From assembly GCA_963830555.1 (NCBI GenBank), contig CAWHMM010000004.1, positions 424,064-488,063 on the forward strand: a stretch of 64,000 bases of DNA, given 5' to 3'. Below the pieces are notes generated by a model. The model was not told the origin of the DNA. It did no database searches and saw nothing but the letters and a program-made list of their open reading frames with translations. This document shows, in pieces, positions 27,101 through 37,300 of this stretch. This DNA is from an uncultured Acidobacteriaceae bacterium. Lineage in GTDB: Bacteria; Acidobacteriota; Terriglobia; Terriglobales; Acidobacteriaceae. Made by a program: the position numbers and the translations under genes. The stretch's first letter is position 1, and each line of letters starts with the position of its first letter.

Positions 27101-27967
27101 GGATCGTTGCCAAACAGCAATATCGGCGCCGGAGTAAATTACCCCGCGTTTCGCTACTATCACGATCAATATTCGGCGTTGTATGCGTGGCGATCGGTCG
27201 GCTACGCGAACTATAACGCGCTGCAGGCCGTCTACCGGCAGCGGTTCGGCGTAGGCTTGCAGGCCGACTTCAACTACACCTACTCGAAGTCACTGGATAT
27301 CACCTCTCAGGCGGAGCGGCTGGGAAATTCGGCAAGCACCAACTACGCGCAGATCATGAACACCTGGCAGCCCAATCAGCTCTACGGCCCATCGGACTAT
27401 GACGTGCGGCATCAGATCAACAGCAACTTCATCTGGGACTTACCGATCGGTGCGGGAAAGCAGTTCTTCTCCGGTGCGGGGCACCTTACGAATGAATTGA
27501 TCGGTGGATGGCAGACAACCGGCATTGTCCGCTGGACCAGCGGCTTCCCCTTCGAGATGAATAACGGCGCTTACTATCCGACGAACTGGGATATCCAGGG
27601 GTATGCCGAGCAGACAACGAAGATACCGTCGCGAGCCGCTGCACGCGGTCACCTGGCGCAGAGGTTTGCCGATCCAGCTACCGTGTTTGCCAGCTTCGGT
27701 CACGCCCTGCCCGGGCAATCCGGCACGCGCAATCCGCTGCGCGGCGATGGGTACTTTGGCTGGGACGAGGGCGTGAACAAAACCTTCGCTCTGGGCGATC
27801 GTGCGAGATTCATCCTGCGGTGGGACGTATTCAACGTCACCAATAGCGTGCGATTCGATCCGCAGTCGGTCAGCGCGACCCTGGACAATCCGCAATCCTT
27901 TGGACAGGCGACCGCGCTGCTCACGAATTACCGGCTGGCGCAGTTCGCCGGACGGATCGAGTTCTAG
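24155..27967 (+). CDS. TonB-dependent-receptor-like outer membrane protein with N-terminal carboxypeptidase-regulatory-like domain
   Basis: 1270 aa. GTG start with GGAGG 6 nt upstream. Signal peptide ...ATPALVLAQA. CarboxypepD_reg-like GGRVTDASGAIIPDATVKLT...GEYQFSQLAPGRYTLNV. Plug-like region (LPLDARNIPDLLTLQPGV). Terminal F. Confidence 0.9.
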   Translation: MKRFSHWHSILVVVSLLATPALVLAQATTSLGGRVTDASGAIIPDATVKLTSVSTGASRVNTTAGGGEYQFSQLAPGRYTLNVMAAGFGSIEKTNMDLLVSQPATVNVTLPAASVKQEVTVTSSVQPVLNTTDATLGNAFDRTQVASLPLDARNIPDLLTLQPGVTFLGRADDVQSTQGVGNNPTDSRAGSVNGGRSDQANITLDGIDVNDVNNGYAFTSVLRTTQDSVAEFRVTTSNPNAEEGRSSGAQVALVTRSGSNKLHGAVYEYNRSNLMEANDFFNKQQQLASGLPNRPTSLVRNIFGAAIGGPIKKDRLFYFLNYEGRRDSQGTSVNAGAVPTANYRAGSLKYESLNANGSDSVYTLTPSDMQHMDPQGIGNSTALLQVLNAYPVGNDPTQGDGLNSIGYRFPSTIARKYDTYIARIDWNVRPSGKHTLFWRGNLQNDREPTAPAFPGQPPQTTALTNSKGFGIGYTFLITNNLVNDVRYGLTRQGQNNAGASNAPIVYFSLLAQPVSPDRSTSFIIPVQNLTDNLSWTKHNHNLAFGGNFRFIDDQRVSNAQSFPDGQMNQGWLTRSSTIANSGGPFDPPVSGYPAVDFANYGNEYNAALMNIVGTITEGDAVYNYNKSGATLAVGAPLKRDYRWNEYEAYAQDTWKVLSNLTVTYGVRYSYLQAPSETSGTQVGTCQFAGSVCQPYSLTQYYNGSAAQAAAGGAANDVGEVAFNLNGRYNHAPDFWAPDKKDFGPRLAIAFSPNPSEGFWNKIFGNQKSSIRAGYSLVFDHFGAALVNVFDTTGSYGLSSHLSNAPGSIPIENAPRFTTISGVPQSLLPAAPPGGFPAVPASSGNGSFAISWGLDSAIKTPYSHLIDFSVARELRNGSSIELSYVGRLAHRQLAQEDVAMPINLQVGGTAYFQPAAQLAKMARANVPVSSVAQDPYWEQVFGGLDGQDVGLGYGPLSATQNVYALFLSNIYNETYALYQLDTPGSLPNSNIGAGVNYPAFRYYHDQYSALYAWRSVGYANYNALQAVYRQRFGVGLQADFNYTYSKSLDITSQAERLGNSASTNYAQIMNTWQPNQLYGPSDYDVRHQINSNFIWDLPIGAGKQFFSGAGHLTNELIGGWQTTGIVRWTSGFPFEMNNGAYYPTNWDIQGYAEQTTKIPSRAAARGHLAQRFADPATVFASFGHALPGQSGTRNPLRGDGYFGWDEGVNKTFALGDRARFILRWDVFNVTNSVRFDPQSVSATLDNPQSFGQATALLTNYRLAQFAGRIEF

Positions 27968-28740
27968 GGCTCGGCTGCCGCGGGCAGCGTCGGCAAATCC
28001 ATTGCTTTTGCCAGCCGCCGATACTGCTGCACCGGCATTTGCACCAGCAGAGGGTTGGCGGATGGACTCAGCCAACCCAATATGGAGATGACCTGCCGTT
28101 CGGGCATCGCCGTGCAGCCCTCCGTGCCCTGACCCGGACCACCCCAGATATGCATGAACACGCACGATCCACCCGCGGACCGCGCAGGATGAGCATTGTG
28201 CTGAATGACCAGTCCCCAACGATAGGCTTCCCCCGCATCCCGCATGTGCTCTGCGCTTGTCCAGTCTGGAGATACGGTGGAGCTATCGAGAATTTGGTTA
28301 TAGAAACGGGAGCGGGGATCATCCACGCAATCTGTAGATGACTTCAAAGAAACATACTTCATCTTCCACCCGGCAGGTTCGTTTGCCGTATATCCGAACG
28401 CGTCCCCCAGACGAAATATTCCCGCAGGCGACTTATGATCGCCTTCCCTCTTCACGGGATCGTTGGAGCTGCGCTCGGTATCCATAGACCCCGCTCCCAT
28501 TCCCCATCCGGTACCGCCCTTGCCCACCACGATTGCTATAGGAGCGCCCACAGGCGTCCAGACGCCGCCCGCAGATCCGCGCTGATACAGCTGCAAACGG
28601 CCATCCACAGCATTCCAATCCGCCGTTGTCACGACAACGAGCTGAGAAGAATTCCTGAGCACGGAAGGCTGCCCCGCGAACGCGGTCAGGGCGATGGTGA
28701 GACAGCAGGCAAAAATCGATTTTCTTAGGTATCGGGTCAT
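27964..28740 (-). CDS. L,D-transpeptidase family protein (YkuD fold)
   Basis: ORF track to 28833. ATG 28740 (MTRYLRKSIFACCLTIALTAFA) gives a signal peptide. Active-site region GGSCVFMHIWGGPGQGTEGCTAM (His ... Gly-Cys). Confidence 0.8.
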   Translation of the reverse strand: MTRYLRKSIFACCLTIALTAFAGQPSVLRNSSQLVVVTTADWNAVDGRLQLYQRGSAGGVWTPVGAPIAIVVGKGGTGWGMGAGSMDTERSSNDPVKREGDHKSPAGIFRLGDAFGYTANEPAGWKMKYVSLKSSTDCVDDPRSRFYNQILDSSTVSPDWTSAEHMRDAGEAYRWGLVIQHNAHPARSAGGSCVFMHIWGGPGQGTEGCTAMPERQVISILGWLSPSANPLLVQMPVQQYRRLAKAMDLPTLPAAAEP

Positions 28741-29016
28741 CGTATCGACACGGAAATATGTGTGACTATAGTGACAGGCCAGCCCGCCAGGACCAGCACG
28801 AAGGCCGGCGAGACGTTTACAAATGAATCGCAATGCTGGTTCGCCAGTAGTTTACGAGCCGCGAATGCTCGTGCAGCACATTTTTCCTGAGGGGCCACCA
28901 CTCTGAAGAGTACGCTATCGTTCATTCCTTCCCGCCGGCTGATCGCATATCTGCGGACGGCAAAGCCTCGTTTTTCTTCCTTTGCATGTCTTGCGTGCAT
29001 TGCGATTGCGCCTCCC

Positions 29017-32000
29017 ATGTCAAGCAAGGCGCAAAACACACCTGTCGAGTGGGGCGGCGTCATTGAGAATGCGGCTGCGAAGCCTGCAGGCGGAGAGGTC
29101 ATCGAGCTCACGGCGAACAACCAGAGCTTCCGCACGACAAGTGATCCGTCCGGCCACTTTGCCTTTCATGGCTTACCCGCCGGCAGCTATCAGATCGCTG
29201 TCATCGAGCATGGACGCCGGACCCTCTCTGCGCATCCGCTTATTCTTCCCTCAGGTGCAGATTCCGCGACGCTGTCCATGTCCACAGGTGGCGTGCTCAC
29301 CGTCAGCTCCAATGCGGCCGCCGCCGGACAGGGAGATTTGGCGAAAAGCGGCGGGGAAAAGCTCTCCAGCAACGCTGTCACCGAGATCCCGCTGAACAAA
29401 CGCGATTTCAGTCAGCTCCTGCTGCTCGCCGCAGGAACAGCAACGGATACAAATGGCGGAGCCAACTATACCGAACAGTTCGCCATCAATGGACAGCGCG
29501 GGGTGGAAGCGACATTCGCGCTGGACGGCGCCGATTCCAGCGATCCTGAGCTTGGCGGAGCGACATTTACGAACTTCAATGTCGACGCGGTGCAGGAGAT
29601 TCAGTCGAGCTCCGGCTGGATGCCCGCCGAGATTGGACGCGGCGGCGCAGGCTACACCAACATCGTTACGCGTTCCGGAACCGACAGTCTGCACGGCTCA
29701 GTCTTCGAATTTCTACGCAATTCGGCCCTCGATGCGCGCAACTATTTCGACCACTCTTCTCCCGCTAATCCGGGGCGCATTCCGCCCTTCCGGCGAAACG
29801 AGTTCGGATTTACGAATGGCGGTCCGGTCGTGCTGCCACATCTATATGACGGCCGGGGCAAGGCATACTACTTCGGCGAGTACCAGGGCTTTCGCCAGGT
29901 GCTGGGAACGACGCAGGTGTTCCCTGTGCCGACCGCAGAAGAGCGCTCCGGCATTGATACCACAGCCTATCCCGGCGATCCGCTCATCGTTCCCGTCGAC
30001 GCCGGAGTTGCCAAAGTCCTGGCGCGGTATCCGCTGCCCAACTACGATCGCGGGGCCTACGGCGTCCATACCTACGCGACTTCGTCCAAGGTAGTGACGA
30101 ATGCCGATCAGTTTTCCATCCGCATGGATTATCAGCGCGGCAAAAATCATTTCTTTGGCCGCGTATCCTTCGACAACCTGACCGGGCCGACTACCAATCC
30201 TGATCAGACGGTGCTGGACCCAAGCTTTGGCGTGTCGTACATCGACCGGCAACGGAATCTGGCGTTTGATTTCTCTCGCGCCGCAACCAAGCGACTAACG
30301 CTGGACACCATGTTCAGCATCACGCGAACCACTCCACGATTTGTTACGCCGAACCAGACTGATCCGGCCATGAAGTTCAATGACAGCCTCTTTGAGCCTT
30401 TCAACGTGGCTGGCGGCTCCGTCATCGCCGCATTCAATAATCTATTCGCATTGCGGCAGAACTTTTCCTATACAACAGGGCGTCACACATTTCGCTTCGG
30501 AGCGGAAGTTCGCCTTAACCGCGATACCACTTACTTCGGCACGAGTCCAAACGGCGAATACGATTTTGGCGGCGGCACGGCCTACTCACGGGTCGAGATG
30601 GCGTCCGCAAGTGGCGCGCACGTGATCCATGCCGGCGATCCCCTTCCTGACACGCTCTCCAGCTTTCTAAGCGGCAGCCCGTTTGCCTATACGCGTGCCA
30701 TTGCGCCGCCCTATTTCTCCAATGGCGAGCACATAGGTCCCGCGGCCATCAATCGCAACCAGGGTGCCGGATGGTTTCAGGATGCATGGAAAATCTCCGA
30801 CCGCTTCGTGTTGAACTACGGGGTGCGTTACGAGTTCTTCACGCCGATCACGGAGCGCGCGCGCCGTACCTCGAGCATACGGAACACGACCACCGGAATC
30901 GGCCAGGAGTTTGTCGTAAATCCCCAGCCCGGCTACGAATCGAGCCGATATAACTGGCAACCCAGAGTTCAACTGGATTGGCATGCGTCGCCGAAGACGA
31001 CGGTCCATGCCGGCGGCGGCGTTACATCCATCCCGCCAAACATCTGGCAGGACAACATGCTGACCGGCGGAACGCCATTTGTCATCTATCCGCGCGTCGC
31101 AGCTACCTCTGCCGCTCCGCTGAGTTACGGCTTCCAGATCACGCCATCCCAGTTGCCCCGCACGTACACCACCTCCGGTCAGGATATGTTCCCCGGAGAT
31201 AAGACCACATCGGTGGCCCCGAATACCGTGATGGACGTGGACCGCTACGAGCGGGACATCGCCACCGTTCTACCCGATCACCAGATTGTGCCCCTGAACG
31301 TCGCCGGCATCGACCGTCATTTCGGCAACGCCTATCTCGATACTTGGACGCTTGGCGTGGAACGCAACATCTTCGGGCTGACTGCGGATGCCAGCTACGT
31401 AGGCACCGCAGGAGTCCATCTGGCTCGTGCTGCATATCCGAACGGATATACCGGCGCTGACCAGACATTCGCGCGCTATACGGAATTCGACAGCTCCGGC
31501 GCAATCACGGGTGGATTCGGCACCGAGACCTTGATCGAAGCGAATTCGCACTCCACCTATCACGCCCTGCAAACCTCCCTTCAGGGGACGATCGCGCATG
31601 GCGGCCCCGGCCTGCAGGCGAGTTATACATGGTCGAAATCACTCGACGATGTCAGCTCGGTGGCGGGCGGATTTATAGCAGGCGCATCGGGACCCGTCGC
31701 TTTTGCCGCGCCGCAGAATCCTTTTGATACACACGCGGAGAAAGGGCCCTCCTCCTTTGACGTTGGCCATACCTTCACGCTGAGTGTGGCGCAGGACCTG
31801 CAATTGGAGCGCGCCGCATTCTTACAGAACATAAGTCGCGCGGCGACGAAGGGTTGGGAGTTGCTGAGCATCTCCAGTATCTCCAGCGGCGTCCCCTTTA
31901 CTGTCTACTCGGGGATTCAGCAGACGGGAGCGGGCTCCCAAGGCGTAGATAGGCCCGACCAGATCGGCACTCCCCATCTATCGACAGCACGGGCGAAGCG

Positions 32001-32355
32001 CGAAGACTACTTCGGACTGGGCGAACAGAATGCTTCGTATTTCTCCACGCCGATTCATCTGCCCGGAGGCACCGGCCCAAACTCAGGCCGATTCGGAACT
32101 CTGGCACGGAACAGCTTCCGCGGACCGGCCTTCTATGACTTCGATTTTTCGCTCATCAAAGACACGCCCGTCGGTCATCGACAAAACGGATCGGAGCTTG
32201 CGGTGCTGCAATTCCGCGCCGAATTCTTCAATGTCTTTAACATCGTAAACATGGGTCTGCCTGCGAACACAATTGCGGGTTCTGGCTTCGGCATTATCAG
32301 CAGGACAGCCGGAAATTCGCGCCAGATTCAGTTCTCCTTGAAGCTGCTCTACTGA
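29017..32355 (+). CDS. TonB-dependent-receptor-like outer membrane protein with carboxypeptidase-regulatory-like domain
   Basis: 1112 aa from ATG 29017. GGVIENAAAKPAGGEVIELT...GHFAFHGLPAGSYQIAV, plug-like IPLNKRDFSQLLLLAAG, terminal Y. The in-frame sequence upstream (28891-29016) encodes a signal-peptide-like stretch but has no ATG/GTG/TTG, so the true start is probably upstream (see findings). Confidence 0.88.
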   Translation: MSSKAQNTPVEWGGVIENAAAKPAGGEVIELTANNQSFRTTSDPSGHFAFHGLPAGSYQIAVIEHGRRTLSAHPLILPSGADSATLSMSTGGVLTVSSNAAAAGQGDLAKSGGEKLSSNAVTEIPLNKRDFSQLLLLAAGTATDTNGGANYTEQFAINGQRGVEATFALDGADSSDPELGGATFTNFNVDAVQEIQSSSGWMPAEIGRGGAGYTNIVTRSGTDSLHGSVFEFLRNSALDARNYFDHSSPANPGRIPPFRRNEFGFTNGGPVVLPHLYDGRGKAYYFGEYQGFRQVLGTTQVFPVPTAEERSGIDTTAYPGDPLIVPVDAGVAKVLARYPLPNYDRGAYGVHTYATSSKVVTNADQFSIRMDYQRGKNHFFGRVSFDNLTGPTTNPDQTVLDPSFGVSYIDRQRNLAFDFSRAATKRLTLDTMFSITRTTPRFVTPNQTDPAMKFNDSLFEPFNVAGGSVIAAFNNLFALRQNFSYTTGRHTFRFGAEVRLNRDTTYFGTSPNGEYDFGGGTAYSRVEMASASGAHVIHAGDPLPDTLSSFLSGSPFAYTRAIAPPYFSNGEHIGPAAINRNQGAGWFQDAWKISDRFVLNYGVRYEFFTPITERARRTSSIRNTTTGIGQEFVVNPQPGYESSRYNWQPRVQLDWHASPKTTVHAGGGVTSIPPNIWQDNMLTGGTPFVIYPRVAATSAAPLSYGFQITPSQLPRTYTTSGQDMFPGDKTTSVAPNTVMDVDRYERDIATVLPDHQIVPLNVAGIDRHFGNAYLDTWTLGVERNIFGLTADASYVGTAGVHLARAAYPNGYTGADQTFARYTEFDSSGAITGGFGTETLIEANSHSTYHALQTSLQGTIAHGGPGLQASYTWSKSLDDVSSVAGGFIAGASGPVAFAAPQNPFDTHAEKGPSSFDVGHTFTLSVAQDLQLERAAFLQNISRAATKGWELLSISSISSGVPFTVYSGIQQTGAGSQGVDRPDQIGTPHLSTARAKREDYFGLGEQNASYFSTPIHLPGGTGPNSGRFGTLARNSFRGPAFYDFDFSLIKDTPVGHRQNGSELAVLQFRAEFFNVFNIVNMGLPANTIAGSGFGIISRTAGNSRQIQFSLKLLY

Positions 32356-34313
32356 GCGCCCGCTTGCGAGAACCAGACTACGGAGCCGCGCTGAAGAGGC
32401 GGCAGCAGGAACTGCAAATTGCCGCCTGATGCGCTGCCGGTCACAGTAGTCTCTTCACCCATAAACGGCAGCACATGCATCTGCGTACCCCATTGAGCCG
32501 GCACTGTGACGCGTATATCCGACTGTGGCGACGGCGTGGCTATCTCGCCAGCCTTCAGGCCGGCAAAGTTCGCAAAGAAGATGTACTTGGCACCCTGGAT
32601 GGTTGCGGCGTGCGCGACAACATCCGGAGGCGCGGAAATCTGGAGCGCGTCGTGGCCTTCGATTGCATGGAGCAGGTCAGGCTGGCTGGAGGGCTGCACC
32701 GAACCAAAGCTGGCGCTGGCCTTTTCCAGGTAGTTCCGTTCAGGGCTATCCGGAAAGCGGACGGCATCTGCGATGTCTTTCAGCTTCGCATCCGGCTCCC
32801 CGGTCAGGATAAGTTTGCCCCCACGCTGCTGGAAGGTGTGCGCAGCGGAAGACTCCCGGTCGCTGAGAACGCGGACGTCCGGAAGTATCAATGTGTGGCC
32901 GGCAAATGCTTCCAGCGTGCGTGGCGTCACGATCTGAAACTGGATATGGGCCTGCAGCAGCAGCAACAGGGTCCCGCGATAGGACGCAATGTACTCCTTC
33001 GGATAATAGTCGCGCGTAGCGTCGGAGAAATAGACTCCGACATCGCCGACCGGGGTGCGCGCGCCGCTGAAGATCGCCTGGTGCGCCGCCACCCAGTGAT
33101 AGATTTCGGTGCGAGTTGCCATATCATTCGATCCGGACATGACGTGGCCCTTCGCATCCCAAAGATTCGCGCCGGCCATCAACTCCGACATCGAGAGGTT
33201 AAGCATGGCATCACGCGGCTTCACGTGCGGCGCGCCATCCCAGGAATAATTCAGAATCCACGTCGACCGATCGCCGGCGAAAGCACGGAAGCTGCGCAGG
33301 CCAATCTGATACATCATCCAGTCAAATGGCGTGCGCGATGCCGCTGTATGGTCATCGCCACCGCCAAATTCATATTCGTGAGCAATTGCGTCAACATGCG
33401 GATATATCTGGTAGACATCGGCGCCCACACGCGGCGCCTCTTCTTCAATCCCCGGGTATATCTCGGGGATGACCGATATGCCGGGACTTACCTGTGTTGC
33501 ATTGCTGCGAATCTCGATTAGAAACTCTGTGATCGTCTTGATGCGAAAGTCTACCCACTTACGGAAATTTGCGTCCTGGAAGTCGCCGAGCTTCAGATCC
33601 TTGCGCGCATCGAGCCCGGTGTCACGGCGAAACGCCGCGACGGTCGCATCGTCAAAGCTGGCCCAGGTATCCTCCCATCCCGTGAAGTGGGTCATCCAGT
33701 ACGGTATATCTACGTAGATACCGTCAATGCCGGTCGCGGCGATCTGGCGTATCCGCTGCATGTAAAGCGCACGCCACTCCGGAGCATAGGGGCTGATCCA
33801 TGCATCCTCCTCGCCCTTTCTGATCCAGAACGCAGCGTTCGCGCTAAAGATGGCAGGCTCGCCCGTGATCTTCCGCTGCAGCCAGTCCGGGTGATCTTTC
33901 GCGAGGGTATGCGGGCCGTCGGCGTTCAACGAGATACACTCCGTGCCGGCGACATAGACGAAGGCCTTGTTATGATGCCGGTGCGCCTCGGCGGCGACGC
34001 GGCGAATCGCTTCGAGCTTTTCTTTTGGGTCGTGCAGGCTTTCGTAGCGGCCCGGTATGTCGTTGTCTACCTCAATGCCGTACACACCGCTGGCCTCAGC
34101 CTGGCGCACGATCTCGTCCGCGTTGTTGATCGTCAGCGGATATGCAGCGATTCGCACCTCGGGCATCCAGCTACGCGCCGGCCCACCAAAGCTCTGCTCC
34201 GACGCAGGCTTCGATACGGTTGTTTGTGCCTGCATTGCACAGGTCGCGGCACCAAGAGCAGCAATAACGGCACACGTACGATATCGATTCACCCGAGTCT
34301 CCTTCGGTGACAA
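32349..34313 (-). CDS. secreted glycoside-hydrolase-like protein (TIM-barrel type, family unassigned)
   Basis: 654 aa with a signal-like N-terminus. Motifs AKDHPDWLQ..., ATGIDGIYVDIPYW (like the G-x-DG-x-x-x-D strand of several TIM-barrel glycosidase families) and a later GVYFSD...LLLLLQAHIQFQIV region like GH42-type middle domains. It starts 18 nt after the upstream TBDR-like gene. Function is tentative. Confidence 0.55.
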   Translation of the reverse strand: MSPKETRVNRYRTCAVIAALGAATCAMQAQTTVSKPASEQSFGGPARSWMPEVRIAAYPLTINNADEIVRQAEASGVYGIEVDNDIPGRYESLHDPKEKLEAIRRVAAEAHRHHNKAFVYVAGTECISLNADGPHTLAKDHPDWLQRKITGEPAIFSANAAFWIRKGEEDAWISPYAPEWRALYMQRIRQIAATGIDGIYVDIPYWMTHFTGWEDTWASFDDATVAAFRRDTGLDARKDLKLGDFQDANFRKWVDFRIKTITEFLIEIRSNATQVSPGISVIPEIYPGIEEEAPRVGADVYQIYPHVDAIAHEYEFGGGDDHTAASRTPFDWMMYQIGLRSFRAFAGDRSTWILNYSWDGAPHVKPRDAMLNLSMSELMAGANLWDAKGHVMSGSNDMATRTEIYHWVAAHQAIFSGARTPVGDVGVYFSDATRDYYPKEYIASYRGTLLLLLQAHIQFQIVTPRTLEAFAGHTLILPDVRVLSDRESSAAHTFQQRGGKLILTGEPDAKLKDIADAVRFPDSPERNYLEKASASFGSVQPSSQPDLLHAIEGHDALQISAPPDVVAHAATIQGAKYIFFANFAGLKAGEIATPSPQSDIRVTVPAQWGTQMHVLPFMGEETTVTGSASGGNLQFLLPPLQRGSVVWFSQAGAQ

Positions 34314-34331
34314 CTGCGAATATGCGCGACT

Positions 34332-37300
34332 TTAAAACTGATAACGCACGCCAAACTGCGTATGGCGTGGCGTGTAACCGGCTGCCGTGGAATTCACAAT
34401 GCCGAAGGCCGGATCCTCATAGGCGAACGCAGGAAATGCAAACCGCGGTGTATTGGTGAAGTTGAAGAAATCGGCATGCAATTCAAGCTGATTCTCGCGC
34501 GCGATCGTAATGTTCTTGGAAAAGGACACATCGAAGTTATGAATGCCATCGGCGCGAACATTCGAAAAGTACCGCGGAGCGTTGCCGGCCTGCTGATCGC
34601 CCGGATCGGAAAAGCATCCGGCATTCAGGTAAGGCTGGTTGGTAAATGCGGCGCGATGCACGCTGATGCCGGTCAGCACCTGCGGGCAGACAACATCCGG
34701 CCGCTGGTTGCCGTCTGCAAGCCGCGGATTTGCCATGCTGATCGGCATTGGCTGGCCGGTTTGGAACGTAAATGTAGTCGAGCCCTGCCAGCCGCCGACG
34801 ACCACATCCAGCGCGTGCCCCATATTGCTGCCGATGAGGCGTCCACGGCCGAAGGGAAGCTGCGCAACAACTGCAGTTACAAACCGATTGGTCGCATCGT
34901 TTGCGCTGACCGACCATTCTTGCCGGAGATTGTCCAGTTCCTGCGGGTTGCCGCTATTCAGGTTGCCCACGAACGCGTTGAAGCCGGTCGACGAGTTATC
35001 CTCCGCCTTCGCCCAGGTGTAGTTGCCCTCAAAGGAAAGATACTCATTCGCGCGCTTCTGGAAGCGAACCTGGAGCGAGTTATACCAGGAGGCGGCGGCA
35101 AGCAGAGGCAACCCCTGGAAGGCGCCATCAAACTGGGGATAAGGCCGCAACAGGTTGATTTGCGGCAGGACGTCATCGCCATAGCGCGATTCCGGTTCGT
35201 TGAACACAGCTCCCGGCCCATTGAACATTGGCTGAAACGGGTTCGTCACCAGATTGCTCAACTCGTCGCTCGTATATTGCCGGCGTATGGCTGAGGGAAT
35301 GAAATTGCGATTGCTGGTGCTGTTGTACCCGCCCCATGGAAGATGCGTGCTGCGGTTTGCGGAGTAGTCGAGACCCAGCACAACCTGCCATGGAAACGCC
35401 TGCTGCAAGCCGATGTTCCACTGATACACCTCGGCATTGCGCGCCTTCTCAAGGTCCAGATTGTTGCCGTTTGAAAGTCCCCACTCGGCGAGTTTTCCAT
35501 ATGCCTTGCCTTGCGGATCCTGAATGCCGGTCGGATAGGGGTTTTCCAGCGTGGCATAGCGGGTGACGTAGTTATCTTTCGTAAAGAACACTGCTGGTGT
35601 ACTGCTGAATGCCGTACCGGGATATTGATAATTGGTGGCAACGTTCATCCCGTAGTAGACGCCGGCGCCTCCGCGCACTACTGTTCGATCGTTGACTTGA
35701 TAGGCGAAGCCGACCCTCGGCGCCCAATTGTTGCGGTCCACAGGGATAGTCCGCTGCGATCCGGAGGCGAAAACCGTGGTGCCACGCACCGTTCCAACAA
35801 CGGGGAGGTTGACTCCGCTGCTCGCATTGAAGTCGCTGAATTGCTCCAGGTTGTGGCGCTCCGTATAAGGCGTGCTCCACTCATATCGCATCCCAAGATT
35901 CAACGTCAGCTTCGGAGTCACCTTCCAGTTATCCAATCCGTAGAACGCGGTTTCGCGGGACAGATCGGCGACGGCCCGGCTCACCGTAATGGTGCCTGTG
36001 TCTCCGTAGCCGATGAGCATGTTGGCAAAGGAATTCCCTTCTGTCCCGTTGTTCGTGTCATACGGCGTCGACGAGCTCACCGTCGGATCGAAGCTGAACA
36101 GCCCCGTAGGATAGTTTGGCTGGAAGAAGTTGTTGTAAAAGAGGCGCTGCTCGCCACCGAACTTGAAGCTATGTCTCCCGTGCGTCCAGGAGAAGGACGA
36201 TGAGTAATTCAGAAGCGTATGCGCGAACTTCGTGTCGACGCAGCATTGACTGAACAGCGGTGTAAATCGCGAGTAATCTCCATTGGAATTAGGCAGAATC
36301 GCCGGCATGCGCGAAATGCCGTTCTGATCGAGATAGGACGGAAAACCGAATGTGGTGGGATCGGGCGTCTTAGAAAAGCTAGGCTGCGCCACCCGGTCCA
36401 CGCCGAAGTGGCTGACCCAGAGTGTATTCGCCGTTGGAGTATAGGTGTACTCGATGCCATCGTTGTAAACGTCGGTGGTGAAGTTCAGGCCGTCGTTATA
36501 GATGTCGTCGAAGAACACCGTAGGCGTGTTGCCGTTCCCGTGGAGAAAGCTATAGCGAAGATTCAGGCGCGAGCGTTCGCTGAAGTTCTGGTCCAGCTTC
36601 ACGTCAAACTGCACACTGTTGTCGCCGGACAGGATGACGTCGCGATAGTTGTTCGTGCCTACTCCGGGGTCGCCTGCCTGGTTCGGCTTGGGGTAGTAGT
36701 TGAGCAGCTTCTGGCCGATGGGATCCACTTCCCCTTGCGGGATCTGGTTGTTGGCATATGGAATGCGGGTGCCATCAGCCTGCGTCGAAAAGGGATCGAA
36801 GATCTGGTTGAGCACCAGGTTTCCGTTCGCGTCCACGGTGTTTGTATTCGAGAAGTCGCCCGTACGCTCTGCGGCCGTGGGCACCGTGGCCACAATGTTG
36901 ACGGGCGCACGATCGCGTATGACCTCAAGGTCGGCAAAGAAGAAGGTGCGGTCCTTGCGTATAGGACCTCCGACCGAGAAGCCGTACTGGTCGCGCTGGT
37001 GATCCGGCACCGGACCGCTGTTGAAGAAATCGCGAGCATCAAAAGCAGAACGCTGGCCATACCACCAGCCGCTACCATGGAGTTGATTGGTGCCGGACTT
37101 CATCACCGTATTCACAACAGTGCCGCCATTATTGCCGTACTCGGCGGAGAAGCTGTTGTTTTCCACCTTGAATTCCTGCAGCGCTTCCACCGAGGGCTGA
37201 TAGAAAACGTTGCTGGTTCCGCCTTCGCCCTGCTCCGGCGCGCTGGTCAGGTTGCCGTCCAGGCGAATCTCGGCTGTCGCGTTCCGTTGGCCGTTTGAGA

